In this document: in pieces, positions 1-8,014 of the stretch
Layout: each line of letters starts with the position of its first letter
Numbering within the stretch: the stretch's first letter is position 1
Virus record (IMG/VR): IMGVR_UViG_3300025154_000069
Coordinates: 15,080 to 79,079 of that record
From: a virus
Strand: one strand, 5' to 3'
Length of the DNA: 64,000 bases
The notes under the pieces: model-generated
The model's database searches: none
Seen by the model: the letters and a program-made list of their open reading frames with translations, nothing else
What the model was told of the DNA's origin: nothing
Position numbers and translations under genes: made by a program

Positions 1-1
1 C

Positions 2-235
2 GAAGGTAAAGTACCCGCAGGAACAGGCAGTGCCGGTTCTGGTGGTGCAGACCCAAACAATGCTCTTATGGAATTGTTACAAAAGGCTTTTAAATCTCCT
101 CCGGCAGGTCAAAATGGTGGTGAAACCATCGTTAAAGAAATAAGTGAAGTTAAATCGGCAGATTGGGAAAAAGAGAAAGAGGGTATAAAAGCTCAGCTCA
201 TAGAAGAAGCCCGATTGGCCAGAGAGAAAAAGTAA
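2..235 (+). CDS. C-terminal end of probable capsid scaffolding protein (partial)
   Basis: Open frame 2 from the window edge (EGKVPAGTGSAGSGG...EEARLAREKK*). Low-complexity linker plus terminal helix, directly upstream of the major capsid gene. Confidence 0.6.
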   Translation, partial: EGKVPAGTGSAGSGGADPNNALMELLQKAFKSPPAGQNGGETIVKEISEVKSADWEKEKEGIKAQLIEEARLAREKK

Positions 236-276
236 ATTGAGGAAGTTTTCATTAAAAGTCTATAATAAAAAATATC

Positions 277-1194
277 ATGGCTGACGGAACAACATTATCA
301 ACTGATTTGAGTTCATCAACGAGAGAATTTTACTCACGTGAGATACTTGAGAAAGCAAGACCAAATTTGGTGTTTTACCAATTTGCAAAAAAGAAAAACG
401 ACCTGACAAAAGAGCCGGGTGACACTATTACGTTTACAAGATTCGCTGATTTATCGGAAGGTGCAGAACTTGACGAAGGAGTAAAACTGAGCGAAGAAAA
501 AATGGATGATGAAGATGTAAAAATCGTAGTCACAGAGTATGGTAAAGCTACAGCAGTTAGTGAAAAAGCCTTAGTAACTAACACCTTTGACGTTCTTGAT
601 GAGACGGCTGTTAAATTATCTAAATCCTACACAAAAACCTTGGATAGTAAAATCCGTGATGCTGCCTTACTCACAACCAATCATGTTTATGGTGGTTTGA
701 ATGTAAGTGCAGCCGATTTAGCATCTTTGACAGATGATAAATTGACGGTTGATGTTATCAGAGAAGCTGTAAAGGTACTCGAAGAAAACGATGCCCCGAA
801 GATCAACGGTGAATACTACATTTGCGTAGCAACCCCTCACCAATTACGTTACTTGAAAACTGATTCCGCTTGGTTCAACGCTAATGCGTATGCAGGAACC
901 AGAAACATCTTTACAGGTGAAGTAGGTATGATTGACGGTGTTATTTTCATTTCAACTACCCAAATGCCGAAACTTACCGCAGCTCAAAGTTTAGCGAAGT
1001 ATGGCTGTAATGTAGCCACTTACGAAGCTATTCTTTTTGGTGAAAACGCTTTCGCTTATGCAGAAGCATTGCCGGTTGAGTTAAGAGAAGGAGATGAAAC
1101 CGACTACGGAAGAAAACACGGGTTGGCTTGGTACTCTATCTTCGGTGCAGGATTACTTGACGAGGACTATATTGTGTCAATCGTAACCATGTAA
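277..1194 (+). CDS. Major capsid protein, N4-gp56-like HK97 fold
   Basis: Motifs PGDTITFTRF, EYGKA...SE, YICVATPHQ, GEVGMIDGVIF, DYGRKHGLAWY; followed by a terminator. Confidence 0.9.
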   Translation: MADGTTLSTDLSSSTREFYSREILEKARPNLVFYQFAKKKNDLTKEPGDTITFTRFADLSEGAELDEGVKLSEEKMDDEDVKIVVTEYGKATAVSEKALVTNTFDVLDETAVKLSKSYTKTLDSKIRDAALLTTNHVYGGLNVSAADLASLTDDKLTVDVIREAVKVLEENDAPKINGEYYICVATPHQLRYLKTDSAWFNANAYAGTRNIFTGEVGMIDGVIFISTTQMPKLTAAQSLAKYGCNVATYEAILFGENAFAYAEALPVELREGDETDYGRKHGLAWYSIFGAGLLDEDYIVSIVTM

Positions 1195-1209
1195 AAATAT
1201 TTTTGAAAC

Positions 1210-1236
1210 AAAGGGTATGCTTTGAGTATACCCTTT
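1210..1236 (+). terminator. Intrinsic terminator after capsid gene
   Basis: AAAGGGTATGCT-TTG-AGTATACCCTTT hairpin. Confidence 0.75.
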
Positions 1237-1264
1237 ATTCTATTCACCACTAAATTTTAGTATC

Positions 1265-1666
1265 ATGCCAAAAACAGATAGCCCAAAGGAACAAAAACCA
1301 AAGGCAGTAGTAACGGAAGAAGCTCTTGACGTAAAAGAGGCAGTTGAAAAGGTAGAAGAAATTCTCGAAGAGTCTGCTGTTAAAAAAGAAGCGGAAGAGG
1401 TAAAAGAACCCGAAGAAAAGAAAGAACCCGAAAAGAAAGAACAACCCAAAAAAGAAACCGTGAAAAAAGAAGTTGAAAAACCAGAAGAAGTTGTTGCTGT
1501 TGAGTCTAAGAACAAGGCTGCAATGTGCAAAGTAATTTTCGTTAAAAAGCACAGAATGAATGTCGGTGGTTTTGAAGTTGTTGAATACAAGAAGGGAGAC
1601 CGGGCAGAAATGGAAAGACATTTGGGTATTAAACTGATGAACAGAGGTATTGTTACAGTAATTTAA
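1265..1666 (+). CDS. Head-associated protein with K/E/P low-complexity N-terminus
   Basis: EPEEKKEPEKKEQPKKE repeats plus a small C-terminal domain; position after the capsid gene. Confidence 0.5.
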   Translation: MPKTDSPKEQKPKAVVTEEALDVKEAVEKVEEILEESAVKKEAEEVKEPEEKKEPEKKEQPKKETVKKEVEKPEEVVAVESKNKAAMCKVIFVKKHRMNVGGFEVVEYKKGDRAEMERHLGIKLMNRGIVTVI

Positions 1667-1680
1667 TAACCTATGTACCC

Positions 1681-2562
1681 ATGACGAACTATGAAAAACT
1701 CATAGAATACATAAGAGAGAATATCCTCGACTTGAATCCTGTTAATGCTTTAAGAGTTATTAAACAGGATTTAGTTTTATCTATTTCGGCTACCGAACTC
1801 ACAACTAAACTCGGTGATGCGGAACCGGTTGTTAAACCCTTATCTGAAATATCCAAACTGTACAAGGTAGTTACCTACTTTCAAAGTTTGGGGGTTGAGG
1901 TTAGGTTTTATGACTTATACATTCCACTTACAGAGAGTACGAACTTATCCCCCATAACCGATGTTTCACTTTCATCAGAAGTGCCTTTAAAGATCAAAAA
2001 CTTCTTTTCAATAGATCAGGTTCACTACAAGATAAATGAGTTTTTTAACTACAAATATCCGTATAGGGGTGCTGATTTTACGGCTGATGATTACTTTTTA
2101 AACCTGACGGATAAGGAGACGGAGTTCAACTCTTATGAAGATTTTGAGTTGCGGATTATAGCCTTGTGGGTTTCTTTCTTTTTGCTCGAAGATAAAAAGA
2201 CCATACTTTATGCCTCACAGTCGTATGAAAATATTCAAGGTACTACCGAGGATTCTTATGTTAATACCGATAAACAGATAACTACCCGGATAAATGATGT
2301 GTTTACGATAACAGAAACCCCGAAGAAAGAAGAGGGTGATTCTGCGATCACATCAATTTGGGGTGACAGTGATGGATTTATTTCAAAGCTACAGTTGTCT
2401 ATTCGTAACAAATATGAGAAGCTAAGCAATGATTTTTCCTTACGGAACAACCCGGTTATACAGTCTCAAATTCACTTAGAAAAACATTGGTTCCAACATG
2501 CGCACGATTACAAAGACCAAGATACGGAGTTATCAAGGACTATTCCTTTCGAGAATAGATAA
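1681..2562 (+). CDS. Putative head-tail adaptor
   Basis: Synteny between capsid and tail genes only. Confidence 0.4.
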   Translation: MTNYEKLIEYIRENILDLNPVNALRVIKQDLVLSISATELTTKLGDAEPVVKPLSEISKLYKVVTYFQSLGVEVRFYDLYIPLTESTNLSPITDVSLSSEVPLKIKNFFSIDQVHYKINEFFNYKYPYRGADFTADDYFLNLTDKETEFNSYEDFELRIIALWVSFFLLEDKKTILYASQSYENIQGTTEDSYVNTDKQITTRINDVFTITETPKKEEGDSAITSIWGDSDGFISKLQLSIRNKYEKLSNDFSLRNNPVIQSQIHLEKHWFQHAHDYKDQDTELSRTIPFENR

Positions 2563-2947
2563 CAGTTACAAAACTGTTGACTTGTTCTTTCCTTCCTTCA
2601 CAGGTAAGGATTCCGAATCGTCATTTTTTGGTGACAATATTAAGAATTGGAACGGGAAGCTTACGCTGAAATGTTACTATGAAAAAAACATAAGCCCTAA
2701 GAAAAGAGAGAAGTTTGGTATAGCTGACGAAATATCGGCTATTGTTTATGTTTCTCCAAAGGAGTTATACGAAAAAACGGGGAAGTACAGGCTTTCTAAC
2801 CTGATTATGAAGAAAGCAACGGGTATAAAGGTTACATTTGACAGCCGTAATTATTCACTTGAAGAGATCATCGACAAAGAGAACACGGATAATGAGTCCT
2901 CAGAGTTTTCAATCGGTATTGAACTAAGACTAAAACAGGTTCCATAA
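2498..2947 (+). CDS. Putative head closure/stopper protein
   Basis: Beta-rich, about 150 aa, REKFGI motif; neck position. Confidence 0.45.
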   Translation: MRTITKTKIRSYQGLFLSRIDNSYKTVDLFFPSFTGKDSESSFFGDNIKNWNGKLTLKCYYEKNISPKKREKFGIADEISAIVYVSPKELYEKTGKYRLSNLIMKKATGIKVTFDSRNYSLEEIIDKENTDNESSEFSIGIELRLKQVP

Positions 2948-3408
2948 TGCACAGAATGACGGTCAATAAGGTAGGTAAGTATAAACCATTCATATTTTTT
3001 GAGTTGTTTAAAAACACCATGCGCCAAAGACTGCCTAAATTTGCTGCCGAAAAGTTTAAGGGTTTGCTACTTGATAACATCGACTCAAACAAATTCGGGT
3101 TCAAGTTGTCTGATAGGTGGCTTGCCTACAAAAAATTGCGTGGTTGGGATCAGCGACCGTTTATTGCCGAAGGTCATTATGTGGATGCAATATCTGTGTT
3201 CCACTATAACGGACACCTTACCATAGGGTTTAAGAAATCGACAAGGCATCCGAGGAGTAAGATGATGATGTATGAGGTTGCTCAAATATTGGAGTTTGGT
3301 AGATTAGATCAGGGAATACCTGCAAGACCGTTGTGGCGGTATACGGCAGAGGAATTTTTTAAACGGTTCCCAGAGTATATAAAAGAAATTTTGCCGAGAA
3401 ATGAATAA
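2947..3408 (+). CDS. Neck/tail-completion protein (HK97 gp10-like)
   Basis: AQILEFG...IPARPLWR C-terminal motif. Confidence 0.65.
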   Translation: MHRMTVNKVGKYKPFIFFELFKNTMRQRLPKFAAEKFKGLLLDNIDSNKFGFKLSDRWLAYKKLRGWDQRPFIAEGHYVDAISVFHYNGHLTIGFKKSTRHPRSKMMMYEVAQILEFGRLDQGIPARPLWRYTAEEFFKRFPEYIKEILPRNE

Positions 3409-4078
3409 ACTTGAATCCATAAGAGAGGTTATCTATGAGTTCTCATCTCAGTTCTTATCAAAGGCAGTTCAAAAAGCCTTTCAAGATACGGGGGAAACGA
3501 GGCCGTTTATAGCTATGACCGATTACAGGGGAACGCTTAAACAGGTTTTGGTTCGCTACTACAAGAAGGGGGATGAGTTCAATACTGAGGATGATTACAA
3601 CTACTACCCGGTTATCTCTATTCAAGACTTTGCTCCCGACTATGACAAGAGTAGGGGTTTTGGTGTTGATACCATTGATGGTGATTATGTAGAGGAAAAT
3701 GGAATAGTTATATCCGGAGATTTAATTTCCCTACCGATTCCTTACAACTTTAAGTTTCAAATTTCTTTTGCGGGTAATACTCAGGCCGACTACGATATGT
3801 TTGAAACGTGGTTCCATAACAACTTTAGCACATTTAACGGTGCGTGTTTCACGTTTAAGACAGATGTTATTGTTAATTACACCTACAAGAATTTACCCGG
3901 GGGAGAGAGAAACGACAACAAGTTTGAGAGCATAAAAGAGTTTAATTTGAATACTTGGATTTGGTTTAAGGTTAATGTTACCAATACCGAGGACATCATT
4001 CAAACCATTAAGTTTGTTCTTAAACAGCAAGAGGAAACAACAGGGGAGGAATTTTATTTACAAATTCCGGGTGATTAG
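3401..4078 (+). CDS. Putative tail terminator
   Basis: YPVISI and PIPYNFKFQISF motifs; upstream of the sheath gene. Confidence 0.55.
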   Translation: MNKLESIREVIYEFSSQFLSKAVQKAFQDTGETRPFIAMTDYRGTLKQVLVRYYKKGDEFNTEDDYNYYPVISIQDFAPDYDKSRGFGVDTIDGDYVEENGIVISGDLISLPIPYNFKFQISFAGNTQADYDMFETWFHNNFSTFNGACFTFKTDVIVNYTYKNLPGGERNDNKFESIKEFNLNTWIWFKVNVTNTEDIIQTIKFVLKQQEETTGEEFYLQIPGD

Positions 4079-4103
4079 TGTTGTTTTTATAAATTCTATT
4101 TTA

Positions 4104-4111
4104 TATATTTG
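4104..4111 (+). promoter_or_regulatory. Bacteroidota-type -7 promoter box (TATATTTG)
   Basis: Matches TAnnTTTG; intergenic, just upstream of ATG 4127. Confidence 0.6.
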
Positions 4112-4126
4112 TCTAATTATTTTGTT

Positions 4127-4387
4127 ATGAAAGGCATGAAAAACGAAAACGAGGGTAAAAATACCAATACCGAAGAAACAAAGATCGAGGACAGTAAAGA
4201 GTCGGCAAAGGTTGATAAAAAATATGCTCCCAAAATTGAAATAACAAAGCTTACTAAGGGTAAGATTTGCGTTATGATAGAAGGGAAACAAGTGAATTTT
4301 ACGGACAGGATAACCGTTATCCCTTACTCCGATGAAGCAAATGAAGTATTGAAGAGTAAAAAATACATAAAAATTAAAATACTATGA
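4127..4387 (+). CDS. Small hypothetical protein preceding sheath
   Basis: ORF overlapping the sheath start (ATGA). Start moved to ATG 4127 (4136 also possible), downstream of the promoter box. Confidence 0.6.
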   Translation: MKGMKNENEGKNTNTEETKIEDSKESAKVDKKYAPKIEITKLTKGKICVMIEGKQVNFTDRITVIPYSDEANEVLKSKKYIKIKIL

Positions 4388-5862
4388 ATATAGGCATGGA
4401 TATGGTGGAAGGAACAGCGAATGTCCTTAACCTTAGTAGCAATAATCCCGCAAGAGCTATCGGTTTCATTATGGAGCGTGTTCGTGGGGTTGAAAACAAG
4501 CTTATCTTTTTAAGCGGATTAAAAGAAGATCGACAAATTTTTGGGGGTGTTGATGCTTCTATGTACTCCCCATATGTAATGGCAAATTATTTCCAAAACT
4601 TAGAAGGAAATTATGTACCTACTTATGGTATTCGTATCGTAGGAACAGGAACCGATGCAGCAACAGGGAATGTTGTCGAAGCTACAAAAGTAATAGCCGG
4701 ATTTACCGCAGGGTATCAGGGGGAACAAGATAAAGGAGATTGGGGGAATAATTTGGTTGTTAAACTTTACCCAAAGGAAGTTACCGGTGGAATGACCGAT
4801 TACTTCTTAATGGAGGTTTATGAAAGCTCGCAACTCGTAGAAAGTCTTTATGACAGCACGCTCGCATTACTCGAAGCCAAGGTAAACTCTGTAAGTAAAT
4901 ATGTGGTGATGAACGAAGGTGCTGATGGGTATGCTTCTCCATTTACGGCTGTTGGAACCGCTACACTTACAGGCGGAACTTATGTTGCACCGGTTGAAGG
5001 TGATTTTGAACCTGCTTACACAGGTGACACACCGGAAGGTATGGCTATTTTTGCAGGTAGCCCTGTTACGATTTTCGCTTGCCCCGAATTTTTCACTTCT
5101 ACACTTGCGGTAAAGGCCGAAGTTTTTGCAAAGGCAAATGATAAGTATTTTGTGATGAATGCAGCACAAGATATTACCGGAACCGATCTTGAAACATTGC
5201 ACAATGCAGTTAAATCTGCAACCATAAGCAGCATGGGTAAATACCTTGAGTGGGTAAAAGTATCTGATGAAAATTCAGGGTACACTTGGATTCCCGGGAT
5301 AGGTTACTTCTTGGGTGCAGGGTTCGGAAGAGCTTGCATAAAAGACGGTGGATATGTTTGGAGTGTTCCCGCAGGTGAAAATACTTATCCTGTTGGAATA
5401 TATGAGTTCTCTCATATTGATCTTACCGAAATCACAAAGAAAAGATACGTTACCGAGTTCTTGACAAATGTGGTCATGTATAACTCTATTTTAGGTTACT
5501 ACATGTACTCATCAAGGACATGCTCTACCGCAGAACTTTATCATTCTGCACATGTAAGACTTGAAACAAATTGGATAAAACTTTCTTTGAAAGACCGAAA
5601 CGCTAAGTTCCACCAAAAGTTGAACACACCGAAGCTCCGAAAGGACATGTACATCGACTCGATTATGTTCTTCAAGAACTTATATAACCAAGGGGGTATC
5701 GAGGGAAGCGTTCCGTTTTCAAGTGCTGTTGTAATTACGGTAGCAACCGATTCGGTAAACAGAAAACAAATAAACGAAGATATTTCATGGATTCCGCCAG
5801 AAACCGTAGAGTATCAAAAAATAGCACTCAATAGAAATGACGGGGTGCTGAATATCTTGTAA
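4384..5862 (+). CDS. Contractile tail sheath protein
   Basis: GDWGNNLVV, LTGGT, VWSVPAGE, SSRT...HVRL and WIPPETVE sheath-type motifs; 492 aa. Confidence 0.85.
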   Translation: MNIGMDMVEGTANVLNLSSNNPARAIGFIMERVRGVENKLIFLSGLKEDRQIFGGVDASMYSPYVMANYFQNLEGNYVPTYGIRIVGTGTDAATGNVVEATKVIAGFTAGYQGEQDKGDWGNNLVVKLYPKEVTGGMTDYFLMEVYESSQLVESLYDSTLALLEAKVNSVSKYVVMNEGADGYASPFTAVGTATLTGGTYVAPVEGDFEPAYTGDTPEGMAIFAGSPVTIFACPEFFTSTLAVKAEVFAKANDKYFVMNAAQDITGTDLETLHNAVKSATISSMGKYLEWVKVSDENSGYTWIPGIGYFLGAGFGRACIKDGGYVWSVPAGENTYPVGIYEFSHIDLTEITKKRYVTEFLTNVVMYNSILGYYMYSSRTCSTAELYHSAHVRLETNWIKLSLKDRNAKFHQKLNTPKLRKDMYIDSIMFFKNLYNQGGIEGSVPFSSAVVITVATDSVNRKQINEDISWIPPETVEYQKIALNRNDGVLNIL

Positions 5863-5890
5863 TAATTATTAAACACAAATAGAAGAAAAG

Positions 5891-6397
5891 ATGGCTATCA
5901 CAAATTTAAAACAGTTAAGCGGCATTTATGCCTCTAACCCTGCTGAAAGATTCATAGGAACAGGTGCTCCTGCATCCTCTGACGAGTTCGTAACCGATGC
6001 AACCAAGTACCCTTTGGGCTCTCAGTACATCAACCTTACGACTAAGATCATGTATATTCGTACGGGAGTTGCCGGAACAACTGCTGACTTTACGGTATAC
6101 CCTCTTCCGGGAAATGATATTTTAACCTTTGATTTCCTTGCTTTAACACCCGATGTTATTGGTGTTGTTGATGCAACTGCACATACGGTTGCTTTATTGG
6201 TTCCTTTCGGAACTACGGTTACGGCCTTGGTTGCTACTTTCACATTATCTCCGGGTGCTTCGGCAGTAGTTGGTGCTACTGCACAGGTAAGCGGAACAAC
6301 GGCAAACAATTTCACGAGTGCGGTAACTTACATTATCACAGGCTCGGATGGGGCAGCTCAAAATTGGATTGTTACGGTAACAATTGATGCCGAGTAA
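5891..6397 (+). CDS. Virion decoration protein with C-terminal Ig-like (DUF5018-like) domain
   Basis: VPFGTTVTALVATFTLSPGA...NFTSAVTYIITGSDG...WIVTV pattern. Confidence 0.65.
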   Translation: MAITNLKQLSGIYASNPAERFIGTGAPASSDEFVTDATKYPLGSQYINLTTKIMYIRTGVAGTTADFTVYPLPGNDILTFDFLALTPDVIGVVDATAHTVALLVPFGTTVTALVATFTLSPGASAVVGATAQVSGTTANNFTSAVTYIITGSDGAAQNWIVTVTIDAE

Positions 6398-6431
6398 TAA
6401 GTAAAGGTTATTTACCTCAATAAAAAACATT

Positions 6432-6872
6432 ATGCCACGACCGGATAATTTATTGACAAGTAACCATTGGACTTTCGAGATTCCCGGTTTCACTTTCCCC
6501 AACTTTCAAAAAGTTTCGGGGATAAGCAAGAAATCGGGAGAGGTCTCGATAGTTGATGGTACGACCAACATAAAACACAAATACTCTTCACAGTTGAAAG
6601 AGTTCAACGATATTACCTTGGTAAGACCGTATGATCTTTCAATAGATGATGCAAGTATTAGGGCTTTGGTCGCCCTATCATTTGACGAGAGCCAAAGGTT
6701 TGATGGTGCTTTAGTAAAGTATCACAACAAAACCGAGGTTTTCAGAATTATGTTCTTTGGACTTCGAGTTAAAGAAGTTAAGCATCCCGACTTAGACACG
6801 GCAGCAGAAGAAAGATATGATGTAGAGTTGCTTTGTTCAGTTTCAGAATGGGAAGAAATACCTACTGTATAA
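6432..6872 (+). CDS. Tail tube protein (gp19-like)
   Basis: FQKVSGI, FNDITLVRP, PDLDT; 146 aa; follows the sheath. Confidence 0.8.
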   Translation: MPRPDNLLTSNHWTFEIPGFTFPNFQKVSGISKKSGEVSIVDGTTNIKHKYSSQLKEFNDITLVRPYDLSIDDASIRALVALSFDESQRFDGALVKYHNKTEVFRIMFFGLRVKEVKHPDLDTAAEERYDVELLCSVSEWEEIPTV

Positions 6873-6891
6873 CTAAAAAATCTTGTATTAT

Positions 6892-7728
6892 ATGTTAAAG
6901 TTACCTGTTGGATTTAATTACAACAAAACGGCGGTTAAAACGCTTAAACTTGCAGAGACTTCCGGGGAAGCAGAAAAAGTTTTTGTTAAAAGACCCGGAA
7001 AGACGGAATTATACACATGGTTTTCTGAAATAATAGCTGTTGCTGTAGAGTCTGTTCAAGATGTACGAGTTGCTTCTGAATTTATAAAATCCGGCGTTGT
7101 TCCTTCGGTGATTAAAAAAATCCCATTGGTAGATGCCGGTTCTTTGCTTTTACAAATTCACATTGAAGCGTGGCAAGATACTATGGGTGAACAAGAATTG
7201 ATCTGCAAGTATTGTGGTCATATTTTTGAGCGAGATATTGATTTAAAAAAGATCGAAATTCCGTTTGATGAGAATGATGAGATTCCAGAGTTTATTGATG
7301 TGGTTCTTGATAAGACCTATGAAATAAACGCTGACGGGGTTGAAAAGTTCGCTGACATACACGGGATGAAATACAATATGATTCGTTATCGTGTTCCGTT
7401 ATTAGGTGACGGGATTGCTAACGAGGGGTTGGCTTCTGATGAAGTCGAGTTTTGGAGAAACATTTCTTTCACATGTCAAGAAGGTTTATACTTTGTTGAG
7501 AAGGGCGAAAATGGTTATGCTATTGTTGATTCTATACCGAGCGAGTATGCTATGGGTATGGGAAAAAGACTTTATAACAGTACCTTTACAACAAAGAGCT
7601 TAAAGCTTATCAGGGAGAAATTGCAAACTTCTTTAAAGTCGGCTCCATTGTACTACAGAGATAAATGTCCGAGTTGTAACAGGCTTACACCACATATTGC
7701 TGCGGTTGAAAATTTTTTTTCGGCATAA
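6892..7728 (+). CDS. Tail assembly chaperone (short form) with two CxxC pairs
   Basis: CKYCG and CPSC; ends ENFFSA at a T8 slippery run; between tube and tape measure genes. Confidence 0.75.
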   Translation: MLKLPVGFNYNKTAVKTLKLAETSGEAEKVFVKRPGKTELYTWFSEIIAVAVESVQDVRVASEFIKSGVVPSVIKKIPLVDAGSLLLQIHIEAWQDTMGEQELICKYCGHIFERDIDLKKIEIPFDENDEIPEFIDVVLDKTYEINADGVEKFADIHGMKYNMIRYRVPLLGDGIANEGLASDEVEFWRNISFTCQEGLYFVEKGENGYAIVDSIPSEYAMGMGKRLYNSTFTTKSLKLIREKLQTSLKSAPLYYRDKCPSCNRLTPHIAAVENFFSA

Positions 7729-8006
7729 TTTCTGAACGGTTTCACAATGAGGCACGATATTTTATCCAAAGAGACATTGTAAGACCCTTCTACTCGTTTC
7801 ATACCACGCCATACAGAGAGCTGTTTTTTCAAAATTCGGAGTTAAACCCGCCAATGGAAGAACAGCTTTATTTGTTTATAAAAAGATTTAAGGGGGTAGG
7901 ATATTCAGACTTTATGCAGATGCCGTTAAAATTAAGAAGGTTTCTTTGGGATAGGGAAACAAAAGTGTTATTGAAGGAGAAAAATGATGCAGAGAGCAAC
8001 AAATAA
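7719..8006 (+). CDS. -1 frameshift extension of tail assembly chaperone
   Basis: 95-codon open -1 frame (FGIISERF...GYSDFMQMPLKLRRFLW...SNK*) entered at the T run 7713-7720; stops 8 nt before the tape measure ATG. Absent from the ORF track. Confidence 0.8.
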   Translation, partial: FGIISERFHNEARYFIQRDIVRPFYSFHTTPYRELFFQNSELNPPMEEQLYLFIKRFKGVGYSDFMQMPLKLRRFLWDRETKVLLKEKNDAESNK

Positions 8007-8014
8007 TTAGGTAA

